Assembly (NCBI GenBank): GCA_051439425.1
Contig: JBFRWD010000123.1
Span: 1 to 64,000, forward strand
Reading direction: 5' to 3'
DNA length: 64,000 bases
Source of the DNA: Synechococcus sp.
Lineage (GTDB): Bacteria > Cyanobacteriota > Cyanobacteriia > Thermostichales > PCC-7336
The notes under the pieces are model-generated. The model saw nothing but the letters and a program-made list of their open reading frames with translations. It was not told the origin of the DNA and made no database searches. Below are positions 50,850-61,419 of the stretch, piece by piece. The position numbers and the translations under genes are program-made. Each line of letters opens with the position of its first letter. Position 1 is the first letter of the stretch.

Positions 50850-53717
50850 TCAACTGGCGTCTTCGGCGATCGGCAAGTGCAATTGAGTCACCGTTCTGCC
50901 ATCATCTGCTTGATAGATTTCCAGCTCTCCCCCCATATTTGACACCGTTGCCTGACAAACACTCAGTTCGCGTCCGGGCGACGTTTGCAGCAGAGACACC
51001 TCAAATAAAGGTGACAGCCAATCAAACCCACGGTTGTGGTGGTGTAAGTGATCGAGTAGTTCCAACAATTCGGAGGACAACGGCTGAGCATTATCAACCA
51101 GCGATAATGAGAATCGATCTCCATCCACCTGCCCCCAAATTTCCAGAGGACCACCATCTTTGCAGCGCTTGCAAATCAAGCTGATGAGCTCCACCAGAAC
51201 CATCTCAAGGCGAGCAGCATGGGCAGAAACCGTCACAGTTGCCTCCCCGCGAACTCTAGGCCAAAGCTTGTATTTCTGCACGAGCGGATCGGCCCTGCGC
51301 AGCACGCGACGAATGAGAGTCGCACTTAGAATTCCTGTTCTCTCAGTTGATGGTTCCCAATATTCTTGCCCGACTACTTTGAGATCTTTAGGGATCTCAA
51401 TTATGGTTCGGATGGATTCTTCCTGCTTTTTCCAGTGCTCATCTTTGAGGTCGGGAATCCCCTTAATCATCCGCTTGAGCTGATAGCGCAAACAAAAGCT
51501 GGTGGTAGATAGCTGGCGATGTTTGTACCAATTTAGTTCGGTGAGCGCTCCTAACCGTTGCAACAGAACCTGTTGGGTCACAATCCGATTGATATTACTG
51601 GCAATTGTCCCCCTCAGACTCTCCAGCATCTCTTGCTCTCGCGGTTGCCATTGTCGAGACACATCATCTCCTATCACCAGTAAACAATTCGGCAAGTAAG
51701 GGCTCGGCCGATGATCGACTGCAATAGACATTAATTGTCCCAATGACGCAGCATCCAGCCACTTTCGACTGCTTTCATGCAAGTCAGCCCCTTTGAGGAG
51801 TAGTGGAGCAGCAGACTGAAGACTCCACTGAATCAAAGCATCTCCTTCGACAAGAATTGACGGATTCGTAGACGCAAGTTGAAAGTCTTCTGTAGTCTGC
51901 AAGGCATTAAGTGTCGCCACCGTAGAGCCACTATCAGCAGAGGAATCAAGCCAAGACAGCACTGCAGCAAAGGGAACGGAAAACAGCTGCTTGAGGTGAA
52001 CGGCAACCGTATCAAACAAAACTGGCAAGTCACGCGCATCGTTGAGTTCGACCAGAGCCACTCCTAAACGCTGTTGCATTTGGGCCTGAGTAATCGCACT
52101 ATCGCGCAGTTGCCATTGGCGAAACACAACCCCCACTTGTCGGGCCACTAGCATCAGGAATTGACGATCCTCTCGGTGCCAGCCTCGGGGTTGAGGGCTA
52201 ACAACTACCACAATCCCCTCTGGATCGACAGTCTCCAAATCTCGCTCTGATGTAACGGTGATGGCAGTGGTGCGAGCGGCCAGAATCGAACGAACACCGA
52301 CTGGTGCCAATGCCTCTTGCCATGCTGTCAGACGCAGATCTTCAGGGTAGCTCTCAGCGGCGATCGCCTTGTCTTCACAGAGCAAATCCTCCAGATCTCG
52401 ACCAGTCAAAGGGGGAAAATAATCTGGAAAGGAGAGCGCGGGATCGCTACTGTAAGCAATCCGAACTCGATAACCCGATACATCGCTTGCCGTTTGCAAC
52501 ATCAAACAGGCCGTAGCTTCCATACGGAAGCAAAGCTCTTGAGCAATTTGCTTCAGAGCAGCATTCCAATCGGTTTGAGCGTAAATAGTCTGAGCCACTT
52601 GGGTCGTGAGTTGGCTATCTTGCTTGATCCGCTCCAAGGTTTGTTCGAGCACTTCTAATGGAGCAGCCAAGGCCATAAATTGCACCACTCCAACCACCAA
52701 GGTTTGCTCCACCTCTGACCAAGACCGGAGATAGTCAGACTCTAACGATACAAAGCCCAACAGCTCCCCCTCGAACAGGACAGGTACCAGCATGACCGAC
52801 CGGCAATTGAGCAACTGTAGGGTGCGAGCATTGATCGGGAGCCTGCCGGATAACCCCGCTTCTCCAACCATGACCAACCGACCTTCCACCAGACTGGAAA
52901 AGGTGGGCTCTAATTCGCGGGCTGTAAAGGTTGGTCCCGATACACTATGGTCACTCTCCGAAACTTTTGCTCCCGGTTTTAGCGGAGCTTGGCGAGTGGA
53001 CCAACGTGGGGCAAATTCATTAAATTGCCGATCCAGCCAAAATACGCGAACTTGCTTGACTTCTACAAATGCCTGGATCTGAGAGATGGCTGCTTTGGCA
53101 CGCTCGTCAAAAGACTCAAAGTTGCGCATGGCGGTGCCCAGCGCCACAAGCGGAATGTCAGCTTGCTTTTGTTCTTGATGAAGCCTGCGTTCTCGTATTA
53201 ACTGCAGCGCAGAGGCCATTTGGCCATTGAGAATCCCTAAAATCGCCACCTCTTCATCGCTCGCTGTGCCCCCCCACAATTGCGATCCCATCATCAGTAC
53301 TCCCAGACAGCGATCGCCATAGCGAATCGGAATCAGCAAACATCCAACGATTCCCAATCGCTTCGCCTCATCCTGCCAGGGCCCCATGCGAGATTCTTGT
53401 GGAACATCGGGAACGGCAATCTTGCGTTGTTCGATCGCCACTTGTTCGAGAATTTGTCCCGGTTCGAGGGATATCGCTTTATCTAGGAGCGAGCAGTTGG
53501 GGACTAATGACGTCCCTCCCTGTCCGACTAACTGGTGTTGCTGAGAGTCGTAGAAGGCAATCCAAACAAGAGGGGCGTCAAAGGTTGAGGCAATAAAATC
53601 CAGACAGAGTTGAACCACCTCTTCCGAACTGTTACTGTCCCGTATCTGTCGCAGCACGCCATCGAGCGTTACAAATGGGGATTCATATGCACTTTCTAGA
53701 GTTGTCGGCTGAACCAT
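50850..53717 (-). CDS. Multi-GAF sensor protein with a degenerate histidine-kinase-like C-terminus
   Basis: About four GAF-like repeats (LLIPI..LGVL, MLVPV..LLGFV..RSWS), then WYKHR and an HATPase-like tail (LVDN..MGGEL). Confidence 0.8.
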   Translation of the reverse strand: MVQPTTLESAYESPFVTLDGVLRQIRDSNSSEEVVQLCLDFIASTFDAPLVWIAFYDSQQHQLVGQGGTSLVPNCSLLDKAISLEPGQILEQVAIEQRKIAVPDVPQESRMGPWQDEAKRLGIVGCLLIPIRYGDRCLGVLMMGSQLWGGTASDEEVAILGILNGQMASALQLIRERRLHQEQKQADIPLVALGTAMRNFESFDERAKAAISQIQAFVEVKQVRVFWLDRQFNEFAPRWSTRQAPLKPGAKVSESDHSVSGPTFTARELEPTFSSLVEGRLVMVGEAGLSGRLPINARTLQLLNCRSVMLVPVLFEGELLGFVSLESDYLRSWSEVEQTLVVGVVQFMALAAPLEVLEQTLERIKQDSQLTTQVAQTIYAQTDWNAALKQIAQELCFRMEATACLMLQTASDVSGYRVRIAYSSDPALSFPDYFPPLTGRDLEDLLCEDKAIAAESYPEDLRLTAWQEALAPVGVRSILAARTTAITVTSERDLETVDPEGIVVVVSPQPRGWHREDRQFLMLVARQVGVVFRQWQLRDSAITQAQMQQRLGVALVELNDARDLPVLFDTVAVHLKQLFSVPFAAVLSWLDSSADSGSTVATLNALQTTEDFQLASTNPSILVEGDALIQWSLQSAAPLLLKGADLHESSRKWLDAASLGQLMSIAVDHRPSPYLPNCLLVIGDDVSRQWQPREQEMLESLRGTIASNINRIVTQQVLLQRLGALTELNWYKHRQLSTTSFCLRYQLKRMIKGIPDLKDEHWKKQEESIRTIIEIPKDLKVVGQEYWEPSTERTGILSATLIRRVLRRADPLVQKYKLWPRVRGEATVTVSAHAARLEMVLVELISLICKRCKDGGPLEIWGQVDGDRFSLSLVDNAQPLSSELLELLDHLHHHNRGFDWLSPLFEVSLLQTSPGRELSVCQATVSNMGGELEIYQADDGRTVTQLHLPIAEDAS

Positions 53718-54076
53718 AACACTGCAGAGCGGTGGATTGCGGACACCAGCTACAGTCAAAGACTTGAGCGTCAAAGGTTGACTGGCGCTGGATGCACACA
53801 GAGTACCCATCCTGTAAACGGGGCCACACATTGAGCACTGCACAACCTGAGTTTAGTAGTCCTCATCCCCAACCCTTATCCCACATTTCTAGAAGGGAGC
53901 AATCAGACTTGGAACCAGACAAAGCAAGGGCCTAATTCACAATTCATCCATTAAGTGCCCGGTCGCCAGAAAAGACTGTATGTATCTTGAAGAAAAAACG
54001 GCTAAATCCACAGAGTTAGAGTGTGGTTGTTTTCAATCAAAGAATTACTAGAGACTTTCAATCGATTTAAGGATCG

Positions 54077-54883
54077 CTATATCGCCTGTGAATGGTATTG
54101 GTTGAGGTAATTCCCATTGGTTTCCATCAGCTTTGATATCACCGTCATGAAGCTTCGATCACTTAACGTTATACCCAAAAATTCACGATCGAGGAACGAG
54201 AGACATAAATTGGCAGCATACATATTGTATTTAAATCGATTCATATATGAGCGAACAACACCTGTAAAATCTGAAACAATTGCTTGTGTTAAGATAGGGC
54301 TAAACAAACCTACGGCTTTGATTTTATCAATCGGGAACTGTGAATTTAAAACCGTCAGAAACTTTGTCCCAACAGAAGTGTGAGATAGATTTCGATCTTG
54401 TTTGACAATTTCATGACAAGCATGGATGTAAAACTCAGTTAGGCTGGTTTCCTTTGAGAGCAGCATGACTGAGTTATTGACTTTCTGGGTATACCCAAGT
54501 TGATTGTTTGAAACAGGGTGCAGCCATAGCTCTCGACAAAATGCATAGCCTTCCTGCTTGGGGAGCTGAAAGTCTTGAGGAGAAAAAACAAGAACATCAG
54601 CATCAATCCAAATAGCGCGATCGTATCCTTTTGAAAATAATTCCTTTGCTAAGACGACACGAGAGAGATCGGAAACAAGATGGATTTGATTCTGGACTCG
54701 CTGTCGATACCAATCTGGAGAATATTCGAACAGCTCATCACCAACAAATAAGTAATCAAAACCATTGATTTCAGACCAGTGTTTAACCGAATCCATACAA
54801 ATATGAATCCAGTCAGGAACGTTGTCGGTTCTGAATGACTGATAGACAATCGTTGTTTTCACTGGCTTTTCAAACTCTTGCAT
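54077..54883 (-). CDS. Hypothetical protein, possible GT-A-fold nucleotide-sugar transferase
   Basis: WSEINGFDY, SDLSR and WIDADVLV (DxD motif); visibly AT-rich compared with its neighbours. Confidence 0.6.
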   Translation of the reverse strand: MQEFEKPVKTTIVYQSFRTDNVPDWIHICMDSVKHWSEINGFDYLFVGDELFEYSPDWYRQRVQNQIHLVSDLSRVVLAKELFSKGYDRAIWIDADVLVFSPQDFQLPKQEGYAFCRELWLHPVSNNQLGYTQKVNNSVMLLSKETSLTEFYIHACHEIVKQDRNLSHTSVGTKFLTVLNSQFPIDKIKAVGLFSPILTQAIVSDFTGVVRSYMNRFKYNMYAANLCLSFLDREFLGITLSDRSFMTVISKLMETNGNYLNQYHSQAI

Positions 54884-55026
54884 CTAGTGGGTACCCATAG
54901 AAAAATAGAGGTCAATTCATGTTGCATACCGATGAAAGGGCAACGCTGGATTTTCGGATCGCAGTATTTTTCAACACAACTACAAACAAATGTCTGAGAA
55001 ATTGAAGATCGCATCATGCGAGTGCC

Positions 55027-55062
55027 AAAAGTAAACCGAGCACTAGAAATCGCTCGGCTTAC
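55027..55062 (-). terminator. Rho-independent terminator after pstS
   Basis: Minus strand GTAAGCCGAGC..GCTCGGTTTAC followed by TTTT. Confidence 0.7.
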
Positions 55063-55169
55063 CCCCGTAACAGCCTATCAACGTAGAAGTGAAGATCAAT
55101 CCCCCTTTCTAACTTGCCGTAATGCATTCATTCGCTGCAGGTATATCTTTTCGTCAGCCAGACAAGTCT

Positions 55170-56216
55170 CTAGCTGCCAAACAAATCTCCAATCGGAGTT
55201 CCGGGAGCCACATTTTGGTAGTTACTCCCCGTCCCCCGAGAAGTCCAGTGGTCGGTAATGGCTGTGTATGCCTCCACTGGGAGACCAATGTAGCCAACAT
55301 TGGCGGACAATTCAGCCGCATTTTCCAAGTAATAGTCAACAAATGCAGCCACTTGAGGCTTGTCGGCGGCTGAAGCCATACTCACATAGATGAACAGAGG
55401 GCGAGCGAGAGGAACGTAGGTGCCATTTTCAACAGTCTCGGCAGACGGAACAACACACCCATCACCTCCATCAATTCCCACCACATTGAGAATCTCTTTA
55501 TTCTCTTCGTAAAACGCCAGGCCAAAGAAACCCAATCCACCTTCGTTACCCGCAACACCGGTAACAATCACGTTGTCGTCTTCACTGGGGGTGAAATCTG
55601 CTCGAATATCGTCTTCATCCAAGATGGCTTCGTTGAAATAGTCGAACGTACCGGAATCTACGCCTGGTGCGTATAAGGACAATGGAACATCGGGGAAGCC
55701 AGTTCCTTCGATATCCGCCCAACTGTTAACTTCACCCTCTGCATCAGAATTCCAGACAAAATTAAGTTGCTCGGTAGTCAAGCACTGGGCAAATTCATTG
55801 TCATTTGAGGTAACAACCGCCAGGCCGTCGAACGCCACCGGTATTTCAATAAATTCGATTCCATTCGAGGCACAGGCGTCGATTTCGCTCTGTTTGATGG
55901 GACGGGAAGCGTTGGAAATATCAGTTTCTCCCACACAGAATTTTGTGAATCCTCCCCCACTACCACTGGTGCCCACCGATACGTTCACTCCAGATTCAAC
56001 GGATTGGAAACTTTCTGCAGCAGCGATTGTGACGGGACCAACAGTACTAGAGCCATCGGCAAGCACGTCACCAGACAACGCTCCACCGGATTCTGTTGAA
56101 GATGTGCTGTCGGTTGTTGACGTCGGTTGACTGCCACCGCAAGCTGTAAGGAGCGCTCCTAGGGATAGAGCCAAGATTGACAGGGATACGTTAGAGTTCA
56201 TCGGTTTTTCATTCAC
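55170..56216 (-). CDS. pstS: Phosphate ABC transporter substrate-binding lipoprotein
   Basis: Lipobox LLTAC; DGSSTV, GSGGGF, ASRPIK, DSGTFDYF and LARPLFIY motifs. Confidence 0.93.
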   Translation of the reverse strand: MNEKPMNSNVSLSILALSLGALLTACGGSQPTSTTDSTSSTESGGALSGDVLADGSSTVGPVTIAAAESFQSVESGVNVSVGTSGSGGGFTKFCVGETDISNASRPIKQSEIDACASNGIEFIEIPVAFDGLAVVTSNDNEFAQCLTTEQLNFVWNSDAEGEVNSWADIEGTGFPDVPLSLYAPGVDSGTFDYFNEAILDEDDIRADFTPSEDDNVIVTGVAGNEGGLGFFGLAFYEENKEILNVVGIDGGDGCVVPSAETVENGTYVPLARPLFIYVSMASAADKPQVAAFVDYYLENAAELSANVGYIGLPVEAYTAITDHWTSRGTGSNYQNVAPGTPIGDLFGS

Positions 56217-56450
56217 CTAGCACTGAAGGATTGACCTGCCAACTCAGGCAACTTGCGATGACTGCAGATGTGTTGCACCACTTTGGAGAACAATGACCGG
56301 CATATCGTTCGCTCGGCTGACAGCAAACCGGAGCAGAACTCGGACAATCTAACACCTAATAAACTCAATTTTGTTTCATTTCACCAGATGCTGAGTTGTC
56401 AGAAAAAGCAATGCAAGAACACCGGAAATCCTCAGCCACGCGTTCCACTC

Positions 56451-57908
56451 TCACTGGCGACGATCACGATTGGGATCGAACAGTCGAGGAAACACCACCA
56501 GCATCTGGGTTACTTCTTCGAACAAGCGGTCAGCAACAACGGCATTCCCCTCATCGGTCAAACTATCCGGACTGTAAAAGGCTGCACCATCCATCTCGCT
56601 CATCTCTCCATAAAGACCGATCGCTGTTGCTCGATCGGACCCCTGTGCCACTTCTTGCGCCACTGCCTCCAGATGCTCGAAGAGATCTGGCATGACAGTT
56701 CGATAGGTATTTCCCAGTCCCAAGGCGATCGCCCGCTCTGTGGAACTTAGCACCTGCGGGTCGCGTCCGGTTAGCTCTGGCTGAACTACAATCAATAGCT
56801 CTCTGTTCATCCCGGAGGTGAGCTGTACCAGTTGCTCTAGAGACTGTTGATATCGATCGAGACGCTGCCGTTGTTCGGCGTCATCCTTTGGAACGCGAAC
56901 AATTGAAATACCATCTTCCGAGGCATCGACCTGAGAATTTGTTTCGCGAGCTGTTTCGGGATAAAAGGCAAATTGATTCACCCCAAGGAACGATCGCCAT
57001 TCTGGCTCTGGCTCGGAACTCAACACGTAGTAGCCAAATCCACGCACCAGGGTCAAGGTCCTAAACCATTCCTTCAACTCTAGCCAAGCTAGCCGGCCCA
57101 TTCCCCGCTGTGAAGCAACTGCCAAGCGTTCAATATCAACCCCTTCGGCTCCCCAGCGATCGCTCGGTAACATGACGTCTGCATAGCCATTGAGAACCAC
57201 CACAATATCGGGTTCGTATGCCGCCACGTGTTGCAGGTACCCAACCAGCTCGTTACTGGATGCATATCCCGGAACTGCGGCATTGATAACCCGATAGTTA
57301 CCAGTTCGGATGCGCGGAGGCAAGGCTAAAACCTCCGAAACGCGATCGGCAAAAAACGGCAGTCGTTCGGGCTGGAATTCATCAGGAGCCTCTTGCTGAC
57401 GGGCCACCCGCTGGTTGAGTAGAGTCTCCAACTGTTCGGCAATCGTGGAACTGTTCGTCGAACTGAACTGACCAAACGCAGCCGAACCACCCAGTAACGC
57501 AATTCGAATTTCTCCGTCGGGCGTCTCTACCGCAATCTCGTCATCATCGCGAAATCCGCTGCTGTTGATACTCCAATAGTCCGTGCGGCGATCGGGCATC
57601 AGGCGATAGCCCAACTGGGGATGGTAGGTTGCCATTAGCTGACCAGGCCGTCTATCTGGCGTAACAGTCAGACCTTGAGGTGTGCGAGTATCCAGACGGT
57701 AAGCCGTAACGATTCCAGGCTCGTCAATCTGCGTAAAGTCTTCCGAAACTCCAGACACTCCAGCCAAAAGACGGGCAAAGCATTCGAGAGCGATCGGAAT
57801 GCTGAGCACGATCAACACACCGAGCGCCACCCTCAAGGCAAGAGTGCGGCGGCGACGAGAAGGAGGCAGGCGGTCATGCCGCCGCAATTGTCTGGGTCGG
57901 TAGGACAT
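56451..57908 (-). CDS. Membrane-anchored SGNH/GDSL-hydrolase-family protein
   Basis: N-terminal TM helix; INSSGFR, LGGSAAFG, VINAAVPGY and LNGYAD motifs. Confidence 0.8.
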   Translation of the reverse strand: MSYRPRQLRRHDRLPPSRRRRTLALRVALGVLIVLSIPIALECFARLLAGVSGVSEDFTQIDEPGIVTAYRLDTRTPQGLTVTPDRRPGQLMATYHPQLGYRLMPDRRTDYWSINSSGFRDDDEIAVETPDGEIRIALLGGSAAFGQFSSTNSSTIAEQLETLLNQRVARQQEAPDEFQPERLPFFADRVSEVLALPPRIRTGNYRVINAAVPGYASSNELVGYLQHVAAYEPDIVVVLNGYADVMLPSDRWGAEGVDIERLAVASQRGMGRLAWLELKEWFRTLTLVRGFGYYVLSSEPEPEWRSFLGVNQFAFYPETARETNSQVDASEDGISIVRVPKDDAEQRQRLDRYQQSLEQLVQLTSGMNRELLIVVQPELTGRDPQVLSSTERAIALGLGNTYRTVMPDLFEHLEAVAQEVAQGSDRATAIGLYGEMSEMDGAAFYSPDSLTDEGNAVVADRLFEEVTQMLVVFPRLFDPNRDRRQ

Positions 57909-58131
57909 AACCCTCAGAAAGATCCCATTCAGCGTGGCAGCATGAACGAAGTAGAAGGGGAACTGTTATCAATGTAGAGATCTCTTGTCAACCTCAGGAC
58001 AGACTGATATCCACGTCGGATCGACACGATATCTTTAGGACAAATCAACTAGCATCCGGCTACGTTTCGCTTCATACTGTCGTCGTTCCACCCCGGCAAT
58101 AGTATTACCGCCAGGATACCCGGCCCCCCTC

Positions 58132-59631
58132 ATGAATTGGATTACCATCCCAGATCGTCCCCATTATTGGTTGCGACGGGCAAATGTGCCTGTCACCCTT
58201 CTGGCTGAGAGCGATCGGGCTGTGCTTTCGCTATCTGCAACGGAAGAAGGCCTAGCGTTAGTTGATATCCAAATTTCAGAAGGAAGAGTGACCCAGATCC
58301 AGCCGCACGCTTCACAGAGTTCCTCAAGTCTACAGTCAGCCAACTCAGTCTATTCGTCTGCCCAGTTCAATTCATCAGAAACGGTAAGCTCCTCTACCAA
58401 CAGTGCCGAGATAGTCACGGTCGATCTAAGAAAGGGAATGGTGTGGCCGTGCTTTGTGGACTTACATACCCACCTCGACAAAGGACACATTTGGCCGCGC
58501 ACCCCTAACCCCGACGGCAGGTTTTTGACAGCACTTGAACGCGCCAGAGCCGATCGCGACAACTATTGGACTCCCGAAGATCTCTATCGCCGCATGGAAT
58601 TTGGCCTCAAATGCAGTTACGTTCACGGCACGGCTGTCGTTAGAACCCACCTCGATTCGTTCAAAGGTCGGGCCGCCACAAGCTGGCAGGTCTTTCATCA
58701 GCTCAAACAAGCGTGGCACTCCAACATCGAATTACAGGCAGTCTCCATTCATCCTCTAGATGTTTACCTGACACCCGATGGGGAAGCTCTCGCTGATTTA
58801 GTCGCAGAATCTGGGGGACTGTTGGGAGGTGTACCGCAGATGGGGCCAAACTTAGAGCAAGCTTGCGATCGCCTATTCAAGCTAGCTAAGGAACGCGATT
58901 TAGACATCGATCTTCACGTTGACGAAAGTGGAGATCCGAACGACATCACCTTGCAATATGTCGCTCGGGCCGCGATTCAACATGGATTCGAAGGTCGAGT
59001 TCTATGCGGACACTGCTGCAGCTTAGCAATCCAACCATCCGGTACCGTTCGCGATACTCTTCAACTCGTTGCAGACGCTGGCATTGGAGTGGTCAGTTTG
59101 CCTCAATGCAATCTATATCTCCAAGATCGCTATCAATCAGCTACGCGGTCGCTCCTGACCTCGACATCTACAAAGCCCGCTCTCTTGCAGTTAGAAGGCG
59201 GTCAGACCCCTCGCTGGAGGGGAGTTACCTTATTGCACGAACTGAGCCAAGCAGGTGTTCCCGTTGCTGTTGCCAGCGACAACTGTCGCGATCCCTTTCA
59301 CGCTTTCGGAGACCACGACATGCTGGAGGTATTCGCCTGGGCAACTCGCATCGCTCACTTCGATATGCCCTACGGCAGTTGGCCTGCAGCTGTCACGCTG
59401 ACTCCCGCTCAGCTATCCGGTACCAAACACAGCGGTGCCATAGGGGTGGGCCACTCAGCAAATCTGGTGATGTTTCGCGGACGGAATTTCAGCGAGTTGC
59501 TATCTCGCCAGCAGAGCGATCGCGTGGTGTTGCGTAACGGTCAGGTCATTTCCGCTTCGTTACCCCCCTATGAAGACCTGGACGATCTGATGCAAAGCCC
59601 TCGCCCCGTCCGTACTCAAAGAGTTCTTTAG
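58132..59631 (+). CDS. codA: Cytosine deaminase-like amidohydrolase
   Basis: DLHTHLDK, RTHLD, DLHVDE, GHCCSL and ASDNCRDPF motifs; true substrate not determinable from sequence. Confidence 0.85.
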   Translation: MNWITIPDRPHYWLRRANVPVTLLAESDRAVLSLSATEEGLALVDIQISEGRVTQIQPHASQSSSSLQSANSVYSSAQFNSSETVSSSTNSAEIVTVDLRKGMVWPCFVDLHTHLDKGHIWPRTPNPDGRFLTALERARADRDNYWTPEDLYRRMEFGLKCSYVHGTAVVRTHLDSFKGRAATSWQVFHQLKQAWHSNIELQAVSIHPLDVYLTPDGEALADLVAESGGLLGGVPQMGPNLEQACDRLFKLAKERDLDIDLHVDESGDPNDITLQYVARAAIQHGFEGRVLCGHCCSLAIQPSGTVRDTLQLVADAGIGVVSLPQCNLYLQDRYQSATRSLLTSTSTKPALLQLEGGQTPRWRGVTLLHELSQAGVPVAVASDNCRDPFHAFGDHDMLEVFAWATRIAHFDMPYGSWPAAVTLTPAQLSGTKHSGAIGVGHSANLVMFRGRNFSELLSRQQSDRVVLRNGQVISASLPPYEDLDDLMQSPRPVRTQRVL

Positions 59632-59674
59632 ATAAGAGTTAAGCTCGTCACCTTCACTTGTGGAGTCGCAGGGA

Positions 59675-60079
59675 TCAGCGAGTCGTGCATACCCAGCGGG
59701 TAATAGTGCATCCTTTTCCAAACTGATTGCAAGATTCCAGCGCATATTGCTCGGCTATAGCGCGCTCGCTACCCCAGCCGCTCCCAAATGCCCCGTCTGC
59801 TTCGGCAAGAGCGCCGCAGGCATTCCGGAACCAAATCAGCACGTAGCAATCGCCGCTCCGAGACGTATTTTCACATTCATTAAGTGCTCGGTTCTCAGCC
59901 CCAGCACGGGTGTCGTAATCAAAGGAAAAGGCGTGAGTTCTTGTGGTTTCAGAATAAGAAATTGCCCCATAGTATTGAGCGCGTGCTTCGGGCGCGGGAG
60001 CAAAGGCAAGAACCTGAAGTCCCAGAACCGCCACCGCCAATAATTTCAATCTGGGAACTATCGTCAATTCAAACATCAC
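59675..60079 (-). CDS. DUF4189-family secreted protein
   Basis: Signal peptide, YGAIS, WFRNACGALA and six Cys. Confidence 0.85.
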   Translation of the reverse strand: MMFELTIVPRLKLLAVAVLGLQVLAFAPAPEARAQYYGAISYSETTRTHAFSFDYDTRAGAENRALNECENTSRSGDCYVLIWFRNACGALAEADGAFGSGWGSERAIAEQYALESCNQFGKGCTITRWVCTTR

Positions 60080-60198
60080 TCAAGCTTGGGAAACTGTGTC
60101 ATGGAACCCATCGCCTCGACAGAATTGTACCCGCAATTATTAGGCTGCTTCTTGGCCAAAACGGCCTCTCATCTCAAAAAACTTGAAACATCCAACTG

Positions 60199-60576
60199 TT
60201 ACTTCAATAGGTTCCATCCGGCAATCGCCAAACATCCCCAACCCGCCATAAATGCCAAACCACCAATGGGTGCAACAGCCCCCAAAATTTTTACTCCAGA
60301 TAGGCTGAGGGTATAGAGAGAACCGCTGAAAAAGATAATGCCGGCGATAAATAGAGCACCTGTCGCAGATAGTAGACTGCTCTCTCCAGTTACCTGAAGC
60401 AGGATGCCCACCCCCACCAGCCCGAGAGCATGGTACATCTGGTAGCGAGCACCGGTCTCAAATGACGATAGGGCTTTTTCCGATAGCTGATCGGCAAGAG
60501 CATGGGCACCAAAAGCTCCTGCTGCTACCGATAAGCCTCCTAACAATGCTCCAATCAACACAAACCAACGCGCCAT
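60199..60576 (-). CDS. DUF423 (YgdD/TMEM256-like) membrane protein
   Basis: GAFGAH, YQMYH, FSGSLY and PIGG motifs. Confidence 0.92.
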   Translation of the reverse strand: MARWFVLIGALLGGLSVAAGAFGAHALADQLSEKALSSFETGARYQMYHALGLVGVGILLQVTGESSLLSATGALFIAGIIFFSGSLYTLSLSGVKILGAVAPIGGLAFMAGWGCLAIAGWNLLK

Positions 60577-60734
60577 TTTAATCCTCTTGATTCAGTAAGT
60601 CGTTTTTCGTTCATTTCGTCGCTTTTGCCACATTCGTGCCGAATAATCGCAACCCCCAAGTTGTCATAAGTCCGAGAACCTACTGTGAGTACCACTAACT
60701 CGTGCAACGCCAATAGCCCAACATCATCGAAAGC

Positions 60735-61340
60735 TTACGCGGTGTTGTGGCAGGAACCAACAGCATTTCGAATTGTTGCAGCGATATCTTCATAGGCAGA
60801 ATCGCTCAAAACAGGATGGCTACCGTCTAGATTTATGTCTTTTTCCAGAGCGATCCACGAACGGCATCCTCCATAGGCTGACAAATACGGAATGCTAACT
60901 GAAGATGGCAATCTGTATGTTCGTAATAGCAGGAGATACAAAGGTTGATGCGGTTTCCAGTTCATCCGTTCACTGACAAACCTTTGATTCCAGACGTGAA
61001 AGGGAAGCACGCGATCTAGACTTGCCTGGTTGCGAACGGGCAAAATGGTGTCGATGGTTGCCCATGCGGACAATTCAATCCTGTCAGGATGCCACCCAGC
61101 TTTTGCGACCTGAACATCTTCGGCGTAGTGTGTTTTGAGCAAGTGGGGTTTCTGGTGCTCGACGGTAGGATATAACAGTATGTGATTGCTACGGACGCGA
61201 AATTGCCCCCCTTCCTCGCGAATTCCCCCTTTCCGCAACAATAAAATCGTGTCTCCGTCAACAAGCGCTTGAACCGCCACAGTCCATTCCTTCAAAGCCG
61301 TCTTCAAGAAAGGTGGAAATCGCTCGACGCTTGTCTGCAT
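60735..61340 (-). CDS. DUF1802-family protein
   Basis: ALKEW, LRKGGIRE, LYPT.EHQ and YGGCRSW motifs. Confidence 0.9.
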   Translation of the reverse strand: MQTSVERFPPFLKTALKEWTVAVQALVDGDTILLLRKGGIREEGGQFRVRSNHILLYPTVEHQKPHLLKTHYAEDVQVAKAGWHPDRIELSAWATIDTILPVRNQASLDRVLPFHVWNQRFVSERMNWKPHQPLYLLLLRTYRLPSSVSIPYLSAYGGCRSWIALEKDINLDGSHPVLSDSAYEDIAATIRNAVGSCHNTA

Positions 61341-61419
61341 GACTTTAGAAATTAAATAATATTTATCATCAAGCACGATAATAGCCCCCAAGCCAGATCG
61401 CTACTGGGCTGAAATAGCC

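Noticed and set aside
56340..56390. Pho box upstream of pstS
   Set aside because: Only degenerate TTAA-like units without clean 11-bp periodicity.
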